From Octopus vulgaris (Eukaryota), in assembly GCA_951406725.2 (NCBI GenBank), contig OX597823.1:12772001-12836000 (forward strand): a stretch of 64,000 bases of DNA, read 5' to 3'. A model generated the notes under the pieces. The model saw only the letters and a program-made list of their open reading frames with translations. It searched no databases and had not been told where the DNA came from. This document shows positions 14,061-28,234 of the stretch, in pieces. The translations under genes and the position numbers were made by a program. The stretch's first letter is position 1. Each line of letters opens with the position of its first letter.

Positions 14061-17000
14061 GAAAACTTTACTGCAGAACAGGTAGGCACGCTGACTTAGG
14101 GTTTCAGGTAATTGCCCAAATTTGTTAATTTTCTTCGCCAGGGGTATGTTTGCTATATTTTTACCGTTTTTTCGTTATATTGTGTAAAGGAGATTACTTA
14201 CAAGCATATGTTTCATAATATTAATAATAATAATAATAATAATAATCATAATAATAATAATGATGTCGAAGAATTCTGGATTCCATGACATGTTAATGAC
14301 TTTTCAATAGATGTCATTAATGCGGATTTTGAATCCTATGGGTGGACGACAATAATGTATAAGTTCTAGTTTTCATATAACGGGAAGTATTTCAGCATAG
14401 CCTTAATAACAAACTCTCAACAACTGTTATAATTACTTTCAAAACCTTTTCTCTACAGTCGACAGTAACATCAGAGTACAGGCTTTTTTTGTGAATAGAA
14501 GTTTCATTTAGCAACTATGCATTTTCTGGTTCATCTTGGGCAGATCACACCTTGAGTGGGTCACACCTTGGGAAAATGTTTTCTGAGATAGCTTTGATTC
14601 AGTCTAAGCATAACGTTCGAAGACTGAGTAAAGAGAACCTTCGTAGAAGAGCAATAAACTGTTTCCTGTTCTTGGATTTTAAACAGGTAACTCAGTTTAT
14701 TATCCTAACCTCAAAAAGGATACCTACATGAGAGTCAGGTCTTCAGTTTGAACATACCTTCGTTTTCTCCTATCCTTCTCGGAAGCTCAAGATATATTTA
14801 TCGGTGACGTCCATCTTCCACTTAAATACTTTTAGACGGTAGAATTACGCAATTGATAGTTAATCTTATTAGTTAATTCTTATTACAGAATCTGCACATA
14901 ATCATCATTTAGTTGAACCCTATTCAAATACGCATTGAAATTATACTGCCAACCCACTGCTTTGCAACCATAAATATGAACTTCTGTCACGGTTACAAAA
15001 TTGCTCATCATTATGGGTGTATTTAATTTATTTTATTGCTCATGAAGAGCTGGTACTCCTGGCATTCATTGCCTCTATAAAACAGAGGAGGTTGACGTAG
15101 CTGAGTTTATCTTGAACAGTTGTAAATTGATGGCTAAAGAGAAAATTCCAGAAAAATCAATGTTTTCGTGTAGAGGTTAAGATTATGGGGTGACAATGTT
15201 GGCAGTTCAAGAGCAACCAGTTTCAAGGATCAAGGATCAATATTCACTGCAGAAGTGGCAGAAAAATCAAATCAATGGGAAACAAGAACACATCTGTGGT
15301 CAAGATTATGAAGTGTGGGAAATGTGTCGTCGGATGGGCGAAATACATTAAACGTAAAGTGAACTTGAGATGAATTTGAACTCACAACATAAGAAGCACT
15401 TAAACACTGCAAGGTGTTATGAGCCGTTCGACAGAGTCTACAAGTCCTCTGCTCTACCCAGTGTCCCCAGGGAGACTTATATTTTCTAAGGGTACAGTCA
15501 ATCTTTCTACATAACTGATACTTAATTTTATCGAAAAAGTAAAGTTGGTTAAGGTGAGATTTGAACTCAGAACGAAACATGCAACAACTAAAGTAAGAGA
15601 TTTTGTCGGATGTTCTAACGGTCCTAATCGCCCACACTTCTGATGAGATAATAATGATAACGTCTAGTGATGTTTCTAGCACCATTGTTGCACCGAAAAA
15701 AATTATCCTTGGTACATGTTACTGTTATTTAGCCTACTGGTCAACTTCCATTCTGGGTGAATATACCTGCGATCAGAAATTCTTCAGCCATTATTGTCTT
15801 ATGATTATCTCGGATTGCATTGTCATTTATCCGTTTCCTTATACATTTGAGTTGGTAGAGTATGATTTGATAAAGATTTGGCTGTTGCTTCTAGCAAATA
15901 GAGAGATTATGCTAAACGCTGTCATTGACTCATTTATTACTATGATCTATTTCTCATAGGCGGTGTACGTCAGGTACAGTTCCTGCAATGAGGATTCGAA
16001 AGCTGACTTAAAACGTTACTGATTGAGACCTAACATCTATAACACAAAGCTGATATGATCTTCCTTGATTTATTGAATTTTTACCACCATGTCTGGCCCC
16101 ATCAAACGTTGATCTTCACTAGAAACTGAACAGAACATCATCCTTTTGAGCTGTATATGTAGTTAAACTATGGTAATTTATGATGCAGTTTTAAATTTAC
16201 ATTTCACTCTATCAGTCTCATTCTACTACTCTTCACCCTCTGGTTTTTATTCTCTTTTGTAACTTAAATGTTACATACCTCATCTTCTACTTCATCATCA
16301 AGTATTGATTATTCCACCAAATAATACGGAATTCACAGCTCAGCTTTGCTATCGCCGGTAATAGCAAATGAATTGGTTACAGACGTCATGTCTAAACGAC
16401 ATATCTGAACGCAGTGGACATAAAGCAACTGCATGAACAGTACTATGTAAATTGATTCCCTCTAACCTTGCCTCGGTAACAACACGATAATTTACTGTTA
16501 AGAAACGACAATCTATTACATCGTTTGAATATAATAATGTAATGTAGCTATGTTTATGAAAATAGATAAACAAGACGAAACAAACCAATATTACGACGCT
16601 GAATGAATAAAATGCTATGCAGTCCAAACACATGCGACGTGTTCATATTTAGCTGGGGTTGATTGTAATCCATAAGGATTAAAATATAAGCACTAATGAA
16701 TGTAAAGAATTCAATTGAATCAAATTCATCCACCCACAAAATATATGGCATAGCGAATAAGCCAGAAATTATTATTAACTTTTTCATTACTATATTTCGT
16801 TGAAATACACCGCTTTCGCTTTAATTTTTAATATAAGAATTAAGTTAAATAATCGTCTTCAGATTCCTTGAAAATAGACGGTTTTCATCGTAGAACTACA
16901 GGGGCAGTCTGGAGCTGGTTAGGAAGTCCTGGAACATAATTGCCTTGTAGATTTTAGCAACACACTTTCATTTTCGTTTCCTCGCTCGCAAGAGTCTAGC

Positions 17001-18119
17001 CTGATCTTTTAACATTCTGAGATCTACTAATTTTCAAGTATGCATTGGAAACGACTCATTTGGATATATTTGACCATATAAACCACAAAACCCGTCTTCT
17101 TTTGGTTAATACACTATTATTCTGGGGATACTTGCAACATCAAATCAATGCACTAAAGCCAAATGCTTAAGAAGCTTACGTTGAAATTACGTGCATGTGG
17201 ATTCAATCTCACTGCATGATATCATAGGCTAGTGTCTCTTGTGAATGAAACTGTACTGCAGCCAATTCGATGAATTGTATACCTGTAGCATGAAGGTAGA
17301 TCATTCTCATACACAGGTAACACTGTTACCAAGAAGAAACTCGTAGGAGCATATATGTGTCTGTATAACATTGAGCCACTTAAACACTAATTTCATGATA
17401 TATTAGTACAGTTGATGGAACAACTAAAACTAGGAAATTCCGAACGAGGTCCATTGCTGCCTTCAAATATAATCCTTTACCTTTCTATGATGATAAAATT
17501 GATAAATCTTCTAACAACCAATGATGTCGTTGGTATTTCTGGTCTTCTACCGATGTAAGATACACGATTATGACTATAGCTCACTGTAAATTGTGATTTA
17601 GCATGTTTTTATTGGTGTTTATAGATGTCTGTGCGTGATGTATTTACATTTTTCTTATAAGTCAGTGAATTAATGTTTCTGTATTCTGGTAGTTGCTCTT
17701 TGAACTCCAGTTGCTAAACCATCGTTTTTCATCTTTTTGACCAATTCATTACTATTATATACACGATATATCCCTGATTTTATTGACATAGATGTTCTTT
17801 CTTTTAGTGAAATTTGATTTTCACTTTGAGAGTGACCTCCAAGTAACTGTTAGATAGTTTATGACAAGAGTACCAATATTAAATTGTTTGTCTTGAATTT
17901 GTAAGAATCTCTCTCTCTCTCTTTTTAAAAAATAAATGCATGCTCATATACCAATACATACACATATGCAAATGCACAGACGCAAACGCACACACTTATA
18001 TATGCATTTACTTAACTCTATGTGAGAAGAGTTTGACTTGGTTTGCATGTGTATTAGCAGGAAGGCTTATCTGTCCTTTGGTTATGAATGCCCCAGAAAA
18101 AATATATTTTGTGTTTCAG

Positions 18120-18188
18120 TGATTGCTTTATTTATATATCTTATTCTACCGTCCAAAACGGGGACAACAAAGAACCTCTTCATGGTTG
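18120..18188 (+). other. Weak candidate internal exon (69 bp)
   Basis: Acceptor ttttgtgtttcag and donor G|gtaagc, length divisible by 3, open in two frames (IALFIYLILPSKTGTTKNLFMV or DCFIYISYSTVQNGDNKEPLHG). No homology recognised. Confidence 0.25.
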
Positions 18189-19507
18189 GTAAGCCTACTG
18201 CAAGTACAGGTTGCGACAGAAATACCTCCCACATTTGAAAGTTTGAGAGAAGGAAAAAGAAACAACATTTATGAAAAATTAATTTTACTGTTGTTTAAAC
18301 AAAAGGTTACTGTTTGAAAACATTATTGGCATTTGCATAAGTTCATTAGCAATACATAGGTGAAAGTTTAAAATGTGGGCGGTATTTCTGCCGCACCCTG
18401 TAGAAAACAAGATTTCCCTCAAATCTGTGCTAGCCTTAAAAATAAAACACAAATTGGGTTACATAGTTCTATATTTCCCTTAGAGATAGTATATAATTAG
18501 TAGGGAAAAAGAATTTAGATAACGTCCATTATATGAGTTCCAAGCGAAAGTAATTCTTAATACATACAGTGGTTTTCTGGTTAGTGTATAATGAAATTTA
18601 GTAAATGTACATCGTAAAATTTCCAAGGTTATGGGCTTCAAATAATTACATATTTCTAATGATAGAAAATGTAATTAAAATCTTCCTGAGCCTGGTAAAA
18701 TAATCTAATGCTGGTAACATCAGGGAATATATAAGCATATATAATATTCCTGAAAACCGAAAAGGGTAGGATTGAAATTTTGCGAACCTGTACTTGCTTT
18801 TTACTTTTCCATCGACGGAAATGTAATACTGCCACATTTTAATGGTTTATTTATTCTCTACGTTATCTAAATAAACTGGAGAAGAAAAGAGCTTCATCCG
18901 GAATAGAAACCGTTTCCTCATTGTATAGTTCTTGTACAACGTCGAACTAAATACTGCTCAAATCTGAATCCGCAACTTAAATATTTGCGTCAAAACTAAC
19001 AGCTTTAACAAAAGAGAAATGTGATTGCGTATATCTACAAAAGCATCTTTTGTAAGGAATAAATGACTTTCGTGTGAGGAGAATCCACGAAACAAAAACT
19101 AGGAATCACTTCAAACAGCCATCACAGTCACTGAATGTCTAGATTTCGATGTCTTATGTGTCATTAGCACAACATAACAGCTTTATCAATATTAATAGAA
19201 TTCCGAATCTTCCAAACATTTAGCAACGACGGAATTGCAATAGAAATCAATAAAGGTAGTTTTGTGCTTGTAGAACAGCCGTTTGTCTTTTTCATTTGTA
19301 AGAATTCCTTTACATTTCCTGCTGATATTTACTGTATTTTGTTGTTGCTACTGTAGTTGGCTGTGTTGGTTTTAGATAGAAAGAAATGCTGTTCAAGTAA
19401 TCACTGAACGTTTTTAATTAAACGTGCTCACTGACATATACTAACACAAATATGCACTTCCATAAATGTAGAAATATACATAGGTTAACATGTACAAATG
19501 TATGTAG

Positions 19508-19840
<333 letters not shown>

Positions 19841-20029
19841 CAGATATATATATATATATTTACCTATATAAACACGTCTACAATTATGCATCCACAAAAA
19901 CACAGAAATGCGATTTATATAAAGAAATAAGCATTGCAGAAAAAAGAAATTAAGTATAAATAAATATGATCCCGTTTAGATTATAAATATATTTATATGA
20001 TATAACAGTTTGACTAACGCACATAAGTA

Positions 20030-20061
<32 letters not shown>

Positions 20062-20062
<1 letters not shown>

Positions 20063-21300
20063 TATAACCGTTGATATGCAAAAATATGTAAACATATTAT
20101 TCATATTCGGTAATAAAAACCCAACTGAAACAAGGACTTCATCAGAGTGGAGAATAAATAAAGGAGAAGAGAGAAAGAAGAAAATGGGTAAAGTTGAATA
20201 AGGATTTAATCATAGCATTTTAATTGTGTTTCTTTCGGCTGTTAAGTAAAAGACAAAAGCAAAATAGCAATTGTTGGATTAATCTTTTGTACTGTGGTTT
20301 TGGGGATAGGATGGATAAATAAAAAAAAGTAATAGTGGGATACGCCAATAGGTTTCAGTCGGAGAAGTGGTGTAGATACAATAAGATTTGATAATAATCA
20401 TAATAATTTATAATAGTTATGTTTGTACTACTAATTGATAGTATTACACACAATAAAGTGCTAATCGGGTAAGTACAATTTATTTATTTACTAATAGGTG
20501 GTTAAGCCCTTCCAACTGTTATCCGAAGTGAGATAAGCTAAGGTCCAACGTTCGATGTAATTGGTCAGTTGAAACTTAAAAACAAAAGACCAACCACTGA
20601 GACCGTTGTACCGGCTAAGATAGATAAATAAATGAATACGAAGTTGGTGTATGTTGTAAGGGGTCCTAAAACCCTTAGAGTAGTAAATACTAGGTTTAAG
20701 AAATAATATTATGGAATAAATGTTAAGAGAGGAATCTATTGGGACACTTAGGAAGTAAGGCGGTTAGGATTGGGAATTACGAAAAAGTTTGTTAATATGA
20801 ATGCGAAATTAGTCAAAACAATGAAACTAATTAATATCGTAGGAAAGCTACTGAAATGTTTCTGCTTTAAGGGAGGTAATAACTAGGGTAAGTGGCCAAA
20901 ATTAATGACTGGTGGTTGCAGTACACTCAAAATATTTAGTTAATAGCCTAACAGCTAATTTTCTAGGTAATTGATTAAATGATCTTAGAATCAGTCAGCC
21001 TGGTAATCGATTAAAAAAGGAAAAGTAATTAATTTAATTTTAATTTACTTTAATTGAATTTTGTGGCTCAAAAATCAAAAGCAAGGCAATGTAGGGGGAC
21101 ATGGAGTTATGTACAGGGAGGGTGTTCATACAAAGAGTATGCTTACTTATGCTTATTGAATAAAGACTCGTTCGAAGAGAGATAAGAAATTATTTTACTA
21201 ATGCTCTTTACAAGAGCCTTTTTTATCGATTGTGGATGATTACTGAGAGAACGTATACATTTTAAGTAAGAGTTTGGTTTCATGCAGTCCCTTCTGTTTT
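20062..21300 (-). mobile_element. Penelope-like (Naiad-type) retroelement remnant
   Basis: Minus-strand peptide KPNSYLKCIRSLSNHPQSIKKALVKSISKIISYLSSNESLF matches the SNHP...LSS thumb/linker region of PLE RT. It is followed by a non-coding segment containing ctgatgaagtcc and is flanked by microsatellites. Confidence 0.55.
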
Positions 21301-21374
21301 CTATATGTATGTGTATATATATTATATATATAAATACATACACACATACACACAAACGCACTCATATATATATA

Positions 21375-23221
21375 GAATTTAGAGAAAACCGCTATGTAGT
21401 TATTCCGTCAATAGTGTAAAGATATTATCTATATTAACCACATAGAAATTAATTGTAATATATTATAATTATTATTCTTAAAAACTCATCAGAAATCAAA
21501 CCTTAAATTGACTACGCACGATTCATGACTAAATATATAAATCGATAATATTAAAATTTAATTTTTAAGAATTTAAAATTCAATATTAATTCAATTTAAA
21601 AATATTTAGCCACTCTTCGGTCAAACAAATAACAAATAAATTTAGATATTATAATAAAAGAATAAATATATAAATATGTGTATATTAACAGTAAATAATT
21701 CAATAAAATTTAACAATATTAATGTAAAGCAAAAGCATGACTTATCTTACTGATGAAAACCATTTAAAAGAAATTTTAAACTTTAAACTTACAATCTAGC
21801 GTTGTAAAAAGACCTATCTTGTAAAACAATAAAGAAACAATAAATAAATAGATATGTGCATTTAACGATATAAATAAAATGATCAAAAAGACGTGACGTA
21901 ATATACCATTTACGGGGGGAAATTCTCAATAATTTAAAACTACGACATTATATGCAAAAATATAAAATTAATTGAATGTCCATAAATCAATATATATTCT
22001 TCAATTACTTTTATTAATCCCTTGGTTTAAACTTATTCCTAGTTAAGTTTATACACTACATAGCCGGCAACTAATTTATACTCATTATAACACTACATAA
22101 TATATCTACATAAATTAATAAATTAATAACATAAATCAGGTTATATATATTCACAAATTATCTAAACTTATTATATGAGTAATTCGACTTATGTTTACAT
22201 ATAATTTTCCTCTCATCTTGGAAATTAATCATTTTTAGATCGTAATATCCCCATAAATTCATTGGTACATAATAAACAAAAATTATTATCTATTCTATAA
22301 GATTTAGCTTTACAAGCTATCTCACATTTTAAATTATATTTAATCCCTTTAGATTTTAATTCCCATATATATTTGCTAAGGCCAGTAGAATTAATCAATG
22401 TTATATTCTTAAATGAATGCCTGTGTTGGGCCACCATTAATTTTATTAGACGTCGATCCCACATAAAACGCATTTATATTATAACTACTCCTATTAACAT
22501 TACCATCTATCACAGTCGCTACATTTATATACTATATCAGCCAAGTTACATTTAATTTTAAATTTACAATTCGTCTTATCTCTACACGTACAATAAAAAA
22601 ATTCTGGTCAATAGTATTATTGGAATTATTCTATAAAATTTGTAATATAAACTTATTCAGCATAAAGCTATTAAAAGATGAAATAATGTTAGCAACATTA
22701 TTAGTAGTAGAATAACCAACTCCAAAATTATTACTAGAAAAAATATTATTATATTTTTTTATTATCTACAATGAATAATTCAATTAGTTTTAATATCTCT
22801 TTAATAATGTTTGTTTGAACTTGAACGCTATAAGGGATAATTAACCAAATTTTATTCTTATTGTTAACATTACTTTTATTTATTATATTATTATATTTCT
22901 TATTATAACTAGCCACATTAAATTTATTCTTATCTTTTACTCTTTTATTTTATTTATTTTTGTATTATCTTAATACCTATTATTGAAACCATAATTAACT
23001 GAACAAAACTTATCATAATTATTAATATTAGGCTTATTATTATAAACAACACAAGAATCATTTATATTATTATTCTTTATATTATTATTATTATCATTAA
23101 ATCTACCATTATTAAAGAATTTAATACTTCTATTATATCCCGCCTCCTTCAAGGCTTCATTATGATAAAGTACATGGTTTTGGAAAATCTCAAAATTAGA
23201 AGAAAGTGCCGAAATTTTTAC
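21375..23221 (-). mobile_element. 5'-truncated Penelope-like element (Naiad-type): RT thumb, Asn-rich linker, GIY-YIG endonuclease, 3' tail
   Basis: KISALSSNFEIFQNHVLYHNEALKEAGY; CTCRDKTNC..KCN...IVYKC (about 22593-22538); FYVGSTS; HRHSF...TGLSKYIWELK...CLLCTNE. Frameshifted, and ends at (TA)n. Confidence 0.75.
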
Positions 23222-23790
23222 GCTGGAAACTCCAGTCCAAATGCTTTCGGGCGTATGGAAGTATATGGTCTTATCCAATATTTCTAGATAAGACTTACTC
23301 TCCATAATGCCCATGACTGATGCTTTTTCCAGACATGCACCCCACACCATCACACTTCCACCACCGTGCTAAAGTATAGGTCAGATGCATTCTGCATGAT
23401 ATTCTTCGCCTATATTCCTTCTTACATACTTCCTGCCATCACTGCCGAACAAGCTGAATTTTGACTCGTCCGACCACAACACATTCCACCAATCTGATAA
23501 TCTCCATTTCGAATGCTCTTTTGAGAACTGTATTTGGGACAGTCTATTTTTTTTTTTATAGAAATCCATGGCTTTTGCGAGAAACTCTTCCTAGAAGTTC
23601 AAATTGTTTGAAACGGTTTTTTATGGAGGACACTCCAATGGTAAGTCCATATTTTTGCCGAATTTCTCTTAAAATGTCAACAGCGGTTATTTTGAGCTTT
23701 TTGTTTTTGTGGGAATGTCTAAGAATATGTTTATCCATTCTTGCCGTTGTTTTCCATGGTTGCCCAGGTCGAGAGGGGTCTTTATAAGCA
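23222..23790 (-). pseudogene. Tc1-family transposase fragment
   Basis: HTH region, then VLWSDESKFSLFGSDGRKYVRR and HGGGSVMVWGAC. Broken at ...WSFQ, just before the second catalytic D, by the PLE. Confidence 0.85.
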
Positions 23791-24915
23791 TTACCTTATT
23801 TATAAAGAAGGACAGCATTGTATAATACGTTGATGTTTCGCTGTAAATTTGTAGACCATATTACAGTTCGAGAAATTTTCTTTATCTTGATACACATCTA
23901 AATCCACAATTTACAACCTGAATATACAACAAATGCTATTTAAACATTAGTATACTAGCGTTTTTAAAGTAAATGATGCCAACATATATATATATCTTGG
24001 GTCATCCCATAAGTAATGCAGTTTCTTTCAATTACATGAACTAATAGTCGGAGGGGGAAGGGATAAATTACTAGTAGCAGCAGCAGCAGCAGCAGCTTGC
24101 TTTGAAAGTAGGTAGAAATTTTCCCTTCAGCTTATTCTTAGTGCAAGTTTTGAAGAGTGCAGTTCGATTTTAATAGCCTTTTTTCAAAGCTATAATGGAA
24201 GTGACAGAGGAGCACATTCGTCATATTTTGCTTTATGAATTCAGAAAAAGTAACAATGTATCGGAATGTGCAAGAGATGTCAATGCAGTATACGGGGATC
24301 GGACAATAAGCATAAGCCTGTGTCAACGGTGGTTCCAGAAGTTCCGAGCCAGAAACTACAGCCTTGAAGACGAGCCTCGACCCGGAAGACCTGTTGAGCT
24401 CGACGACGACATCCTGCAAACCCTGGTGGAACAAAATCTTATCGTAGCTGTTGAGGAACAAGCAAAGAATCTTGGATTTGGTCATTCAACCATTAATGAA
24501 AATCTGCGTGACATCGGAAAAGTCAGGAATTTGGGTCAATGGGTTCCTCGTAAACTTTCCGAGTCTCATCGTGCGTAGAGTGTGAATGTGTGCTCTTCTT
24601 TGTTGCCACATCTTCTGAATGAACCTTTTTTGGAGCGAATAGCGACTGGTGACGAGATAAGGGTTCTCTATAAAATGTCAAACCCCGACGACAGTGGGTA
24701 GGGAAAAGAAAAACATCGGCAGCCCAGGCTAAAGAAGGTCTTCACCGTCATAAAATGTTGTTATCTGTTTGGTGGGATATGATATGTTTAGTTCGCTTTG
24801 AACTTTTAATTTCAAATCAAACGATAACAGAGGAGAGCAGATTGAGTGGTTTAAGTCAGCGTTAGATAAAAATGACCATGATTGGTTTCAAGACGAAAGG
24901 TGTTCTTCCATCATG

Positions 24916-25657
24916 AGGATCTTTACCTTTTGACTGAGAGATTTAAAACATTTTTTTTTTTACTAAACACTTTCAATCTTCGGACACTGGTAGAATGTGT
25001 CATATAAAACATCCTTTACTCTTAGCATTTTTGAGAAAAACTTATATTTACGAAGTTATTTCACATTAAAGTTGTCCTATTTTGGTAATTTCAACCAATC
25101 AATGACGTGTATTCAGTTGAATGAAATTACTGCCGTTATTTGTCAACAAGAACTTCCGGAGGTGTATATTCCGTTTGTCACTACTATTTATCACAACCCC
25201 AAACCTAAACCGTAGCCCTAAACTTAAAAACCTAACCCTAAAAACCTAGCCCCAACACCCTAACCCTAACCCTAACCCTAACCCTAAAACCCTAGCCCTA
25301 ACCCTAAAACCCTAGCCCTAACCCTAAAACCATATCCCTAAAACCTTAAAGCTAAAACCAGTACAATCGCACGAACGATGTCATAAGTAACAGTGACAAA
25401 CGAAAAATACACCGCCGATAGTTGTTGACAAACAACGGCAGTAATTTTATTCAACTGAATACACGTCATTGATTGGCTGAAATTACTGAAATAGGACAAT
25501 TTTAACGTGAAATAACTTCGTAAACATAAGTTTTTTCTCAAAATTGCTAAGAGTAAAAGATGTTTTATGTGATACATTCTACCAGTGTCCGAAGTTTGAA
25601 AGTGTTTAGTTGCAAAAAATAGTTTTTTAAATCTGTAGGTCAAAATGTAAAGATCCC
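24916..25657. mobile_element. MITE with about 270-bp TIRs and a telomeric-repeat core
   Basis: Left arm ggatctttacctttgact... is the reverse complement of the right arm ...ggtcaaaatgtaaagatccc. Flanking duplication atcatg(a)/atcttg(a); removing the insert restores mariner FHHDNA. Confidence 0.85.
25195..25357. repeat. Degenerate (CCCTAA)n telomere-like repeat
   Basis: ccctaaccctaaccctaa with ccctag and cctaaaa variants. Confidence 0.9.
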
Positions 25658-26714
25658 ATCTTGATAATGCTTGGCTACATACAGCGAGGATGACGTTCCA
25701 AAGGCTGGAGCAGTTTCCGTGGGAAACGATGCCCCACCCACCATATTCGCCGGACATTACCCCATCTGATTATCATTTATTCTGCAGTTTTCAAAATCAT
25801 TTAGACGGAAAAAATATGAATTCTGTAGACGATGTCAGAACAGTACTGGAGGAGTATTTTCCGTCACAGACAAGTGACGAATAGGGGTCTTGCAAGTCTA
25901 CCAGATAGATGGAAGAGCATTGTAGAAAATCAACGAGAGTATAATTTAGATGAAATAATAATTTGTTCACCTTATGAAAAACAAATGAAATATTAAAAAA
26001 AACGCATTATTTATGGGATGAACCAATATACAGATATGTAATATTTTGGACTAAAGTGTATATGTCGATTAGTTTGTTGAAGATTTGAGTAGAGCACTTG
26101 CACGGTTTGGGCTACCTGGAGTCATCCGCAGTTGGAATATATTTCCGTTGAATCTACTTCAGGAATTTCACAGTGATAGCTGAAATGATAATTGATTAAT
26201 AGATTAAGTAATCAGAAGATGGATCTGGTATTGGTCTTTATTTTGTACGATGCCTCATGCTACTGTCCTTTATGAGTGGAAATCCGTGCAACATGTTGTG
26301 CTGCATCCATTTTTCAATCTGTGTAACCTCACGTACTTCTTTACATAAAGTGTTGTCTCGCTAAAGACCTCGAATTTGGACGGTTATATTGTTATTTGCT
26401 CGTCGAATTAGGGAATTAAGCATAATTACACTTTCTATTAGTATTAATTTTCCACAACAAGTTGTAAATTTTTCTCGTATGTAAGTTCGATAAGCCGAAA
26501 AAGTTATTTTATAGCTTTCGGTTAGCAGTAGGGGTTACTGTGTATACGAATAGAAATCCTAAATTGGGAAATCAAGTAGATAAAATTCTGGCTATACCTG
26601 TTTCAAAGCTAGCAGAACCTCGGAAATAGAAATTATCCGAACGAGGGATAATCTACTATATATGTGTGTGTGTGGATGTGTGCGTACATATATATATCAA
26701 TGAGAGTGTATGTA

Positions 26715-27100
26715 TCTATTAAATAAAATATGTTCTGTCTGTCTGTGTGTGTGTCTTCTAGGATCTCGGGCATCCTCCATCTGATTGCGTTCAAATTTGA
26801 TATGTAGATACTGACGGTATTAGGGCGTGTATAAGTCTTGAAAAAAGTTACAAAAACTGATTCTAGGTGAGAATGCGATCGATAAAACCGTCGGAACGTA
26901 CATTTGTACGCGCAAGTACATCACCTTTTTCGATCGATACTACGCGTACGGGAGAAAAATGCACGGTGTCTCAAGTTTAGGTTAAATCAGTGTTTCTCAA
27001 AGGGGGGGCTATGGGCCGGCCGAACAAGTTGTTTTGAGAAAATTTGGTTTAAATGTTTGACAACTCAGCACCGTGCATTGGACGGAGGGCGTTATGCTCG
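26715..27100 (+). mobile_element. Non-autonomous Helitron-like element (family H3, CTCG end)
   Basis: A|TCTATT start, ctgtctgtctg, 3' hairpin ccgtgcattggacgg and CTCG|T end. Homologous to 47328-47880. Confidence 0.7.
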
Positions 27101-27134
27101 TATATATATATATATTTATATATTCAAAATGTGA

Positions 27135-27340
27135 CCGCGTGTATACCGTTGACGATTATTTTCATCCGTCTTCTCTTCTTTGGATCTTTCCTTTTCCTAT
27201 GTTTCTGACGAAGAGCTCCGCTCGAAACGTTAAACCTTCCTTCTTTCCTTCTTTCCTGAGCGTCCAATAATATTATACTTGTTCCTCGTCCTCGCGTTGT
27301 TGTGCTTTTTCTTTGTGTTTTCAAGTTTGGATTAACGTTA
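27135..27340 (+). mobile_element. Penelope-like pLTR/tail fragment between (TA)n tracts
   Basis: Pyrimidine-rich segment containing a minimal hammerhead motif, ending in (TA)n. Confidence 0.55.
27201..27235 (+). ncRNA. Minimal type I hammerhead ribozyme motif
   Basis: gttt-CTGACGA-a-gagc(tcc)gctc-GAAAcgtt-aaac: stem I gttt/aaac, stem II gagc/gctc, palindromic stem III ACGT, GUU cleavage triplet. Confidence 0.65.
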
Positions 27341-27954
27341 TATATATATATATATATGTATATATACGTACATATGTATGTATTTGTGTACATGCGTGTG
27401 AGTGCAGGCGTGTGAAAGTGTGCATGTGTGTGTGTTAGTAGGTGTCTTCAAAACTGCATTTGATGACAACGAGATTTTTCAATGGTTTCACATTAGATAT
27501 CATTATTATCAGCAGTTACTATTGTCTCAAATCTCTGCTTGAAATATGATTCGATATTTACCATCCGTTTGTCTCGTTGCGGTTTAAAGTGCAACAACAG
27601 TCATCCCAACATACGCATCCATCCATCGATCCATCTATCTAAACCACAAACCCGATCAAATTTAATTACACTTTTAGTCTACATACTTTTGTATTCAATT
27701 TATTTTCTAGTATTTTTTTCTAAAATCTAATTAGAATAAAAATTATTGCCTCAGATACAACACTCATTTATTATTTTTGTATTCCATCACTAACATATTC
27801 TGAAATTTTATTTTATATTTTTGATTCGTTTTGTTATTAATACATCTTTATTATTTTATGGTTGCATTTTTTATTTTTTGTTTTACAAATTGCTATTTTC
27901 TTGAAATTAATTCATTGCATAACATAACTTTTATATGGTTTCACGCCATGATCG

Positions 27955-27992
<38 letters not shown>

Positions 27993-28137
27993 GTGTGTGT
28001 GTGTGTGTACAGTATTTTTATAAATATACTTGTTTATCAGCTATATATTTCAAGATTATTCTTGCAATGTCTGTTGAAGCTTCATTTTGTTGGCTGCAGA
28101 AAATTCAATTATCTTACACACACATGCATACACACGC

Positions 28138-28234
<97 letters not shown>

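Larger units (their letters stand above)
24195..25950 (+). pseudogene. Mariner transposase, disrupted
   Basis: MEVTEEHIRHILLYEF HTH, WVPRKL, TGDE, FHH|DNA (split by the MITE), HPPYSPDITPSDYHLF. Stop at 24576-24578 plus frameshifts. Confidence 0.88.
23997..26026 (+). mobile_element. Mariner (DD34D) DNA transposon with nested MITE
   Basis: TIRs ttgggtcatcccataagtaatgc / gcattatttatgggatgaaccaa. TA on the right flank (left flank reads TC). Transposase motifs inside. Confidence 0.9.

Noticed and set aside
20110-20150. Minus-strand ctgatgaagtcc as a complete hammerhead
   Set aside because: No downstream stem II partner or GAAA box is present.
25195-25357. True telomere or chromosome fusion scar
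   Set aside because: Short, degenerate, single orientation and enclosed by MITE TIRs.
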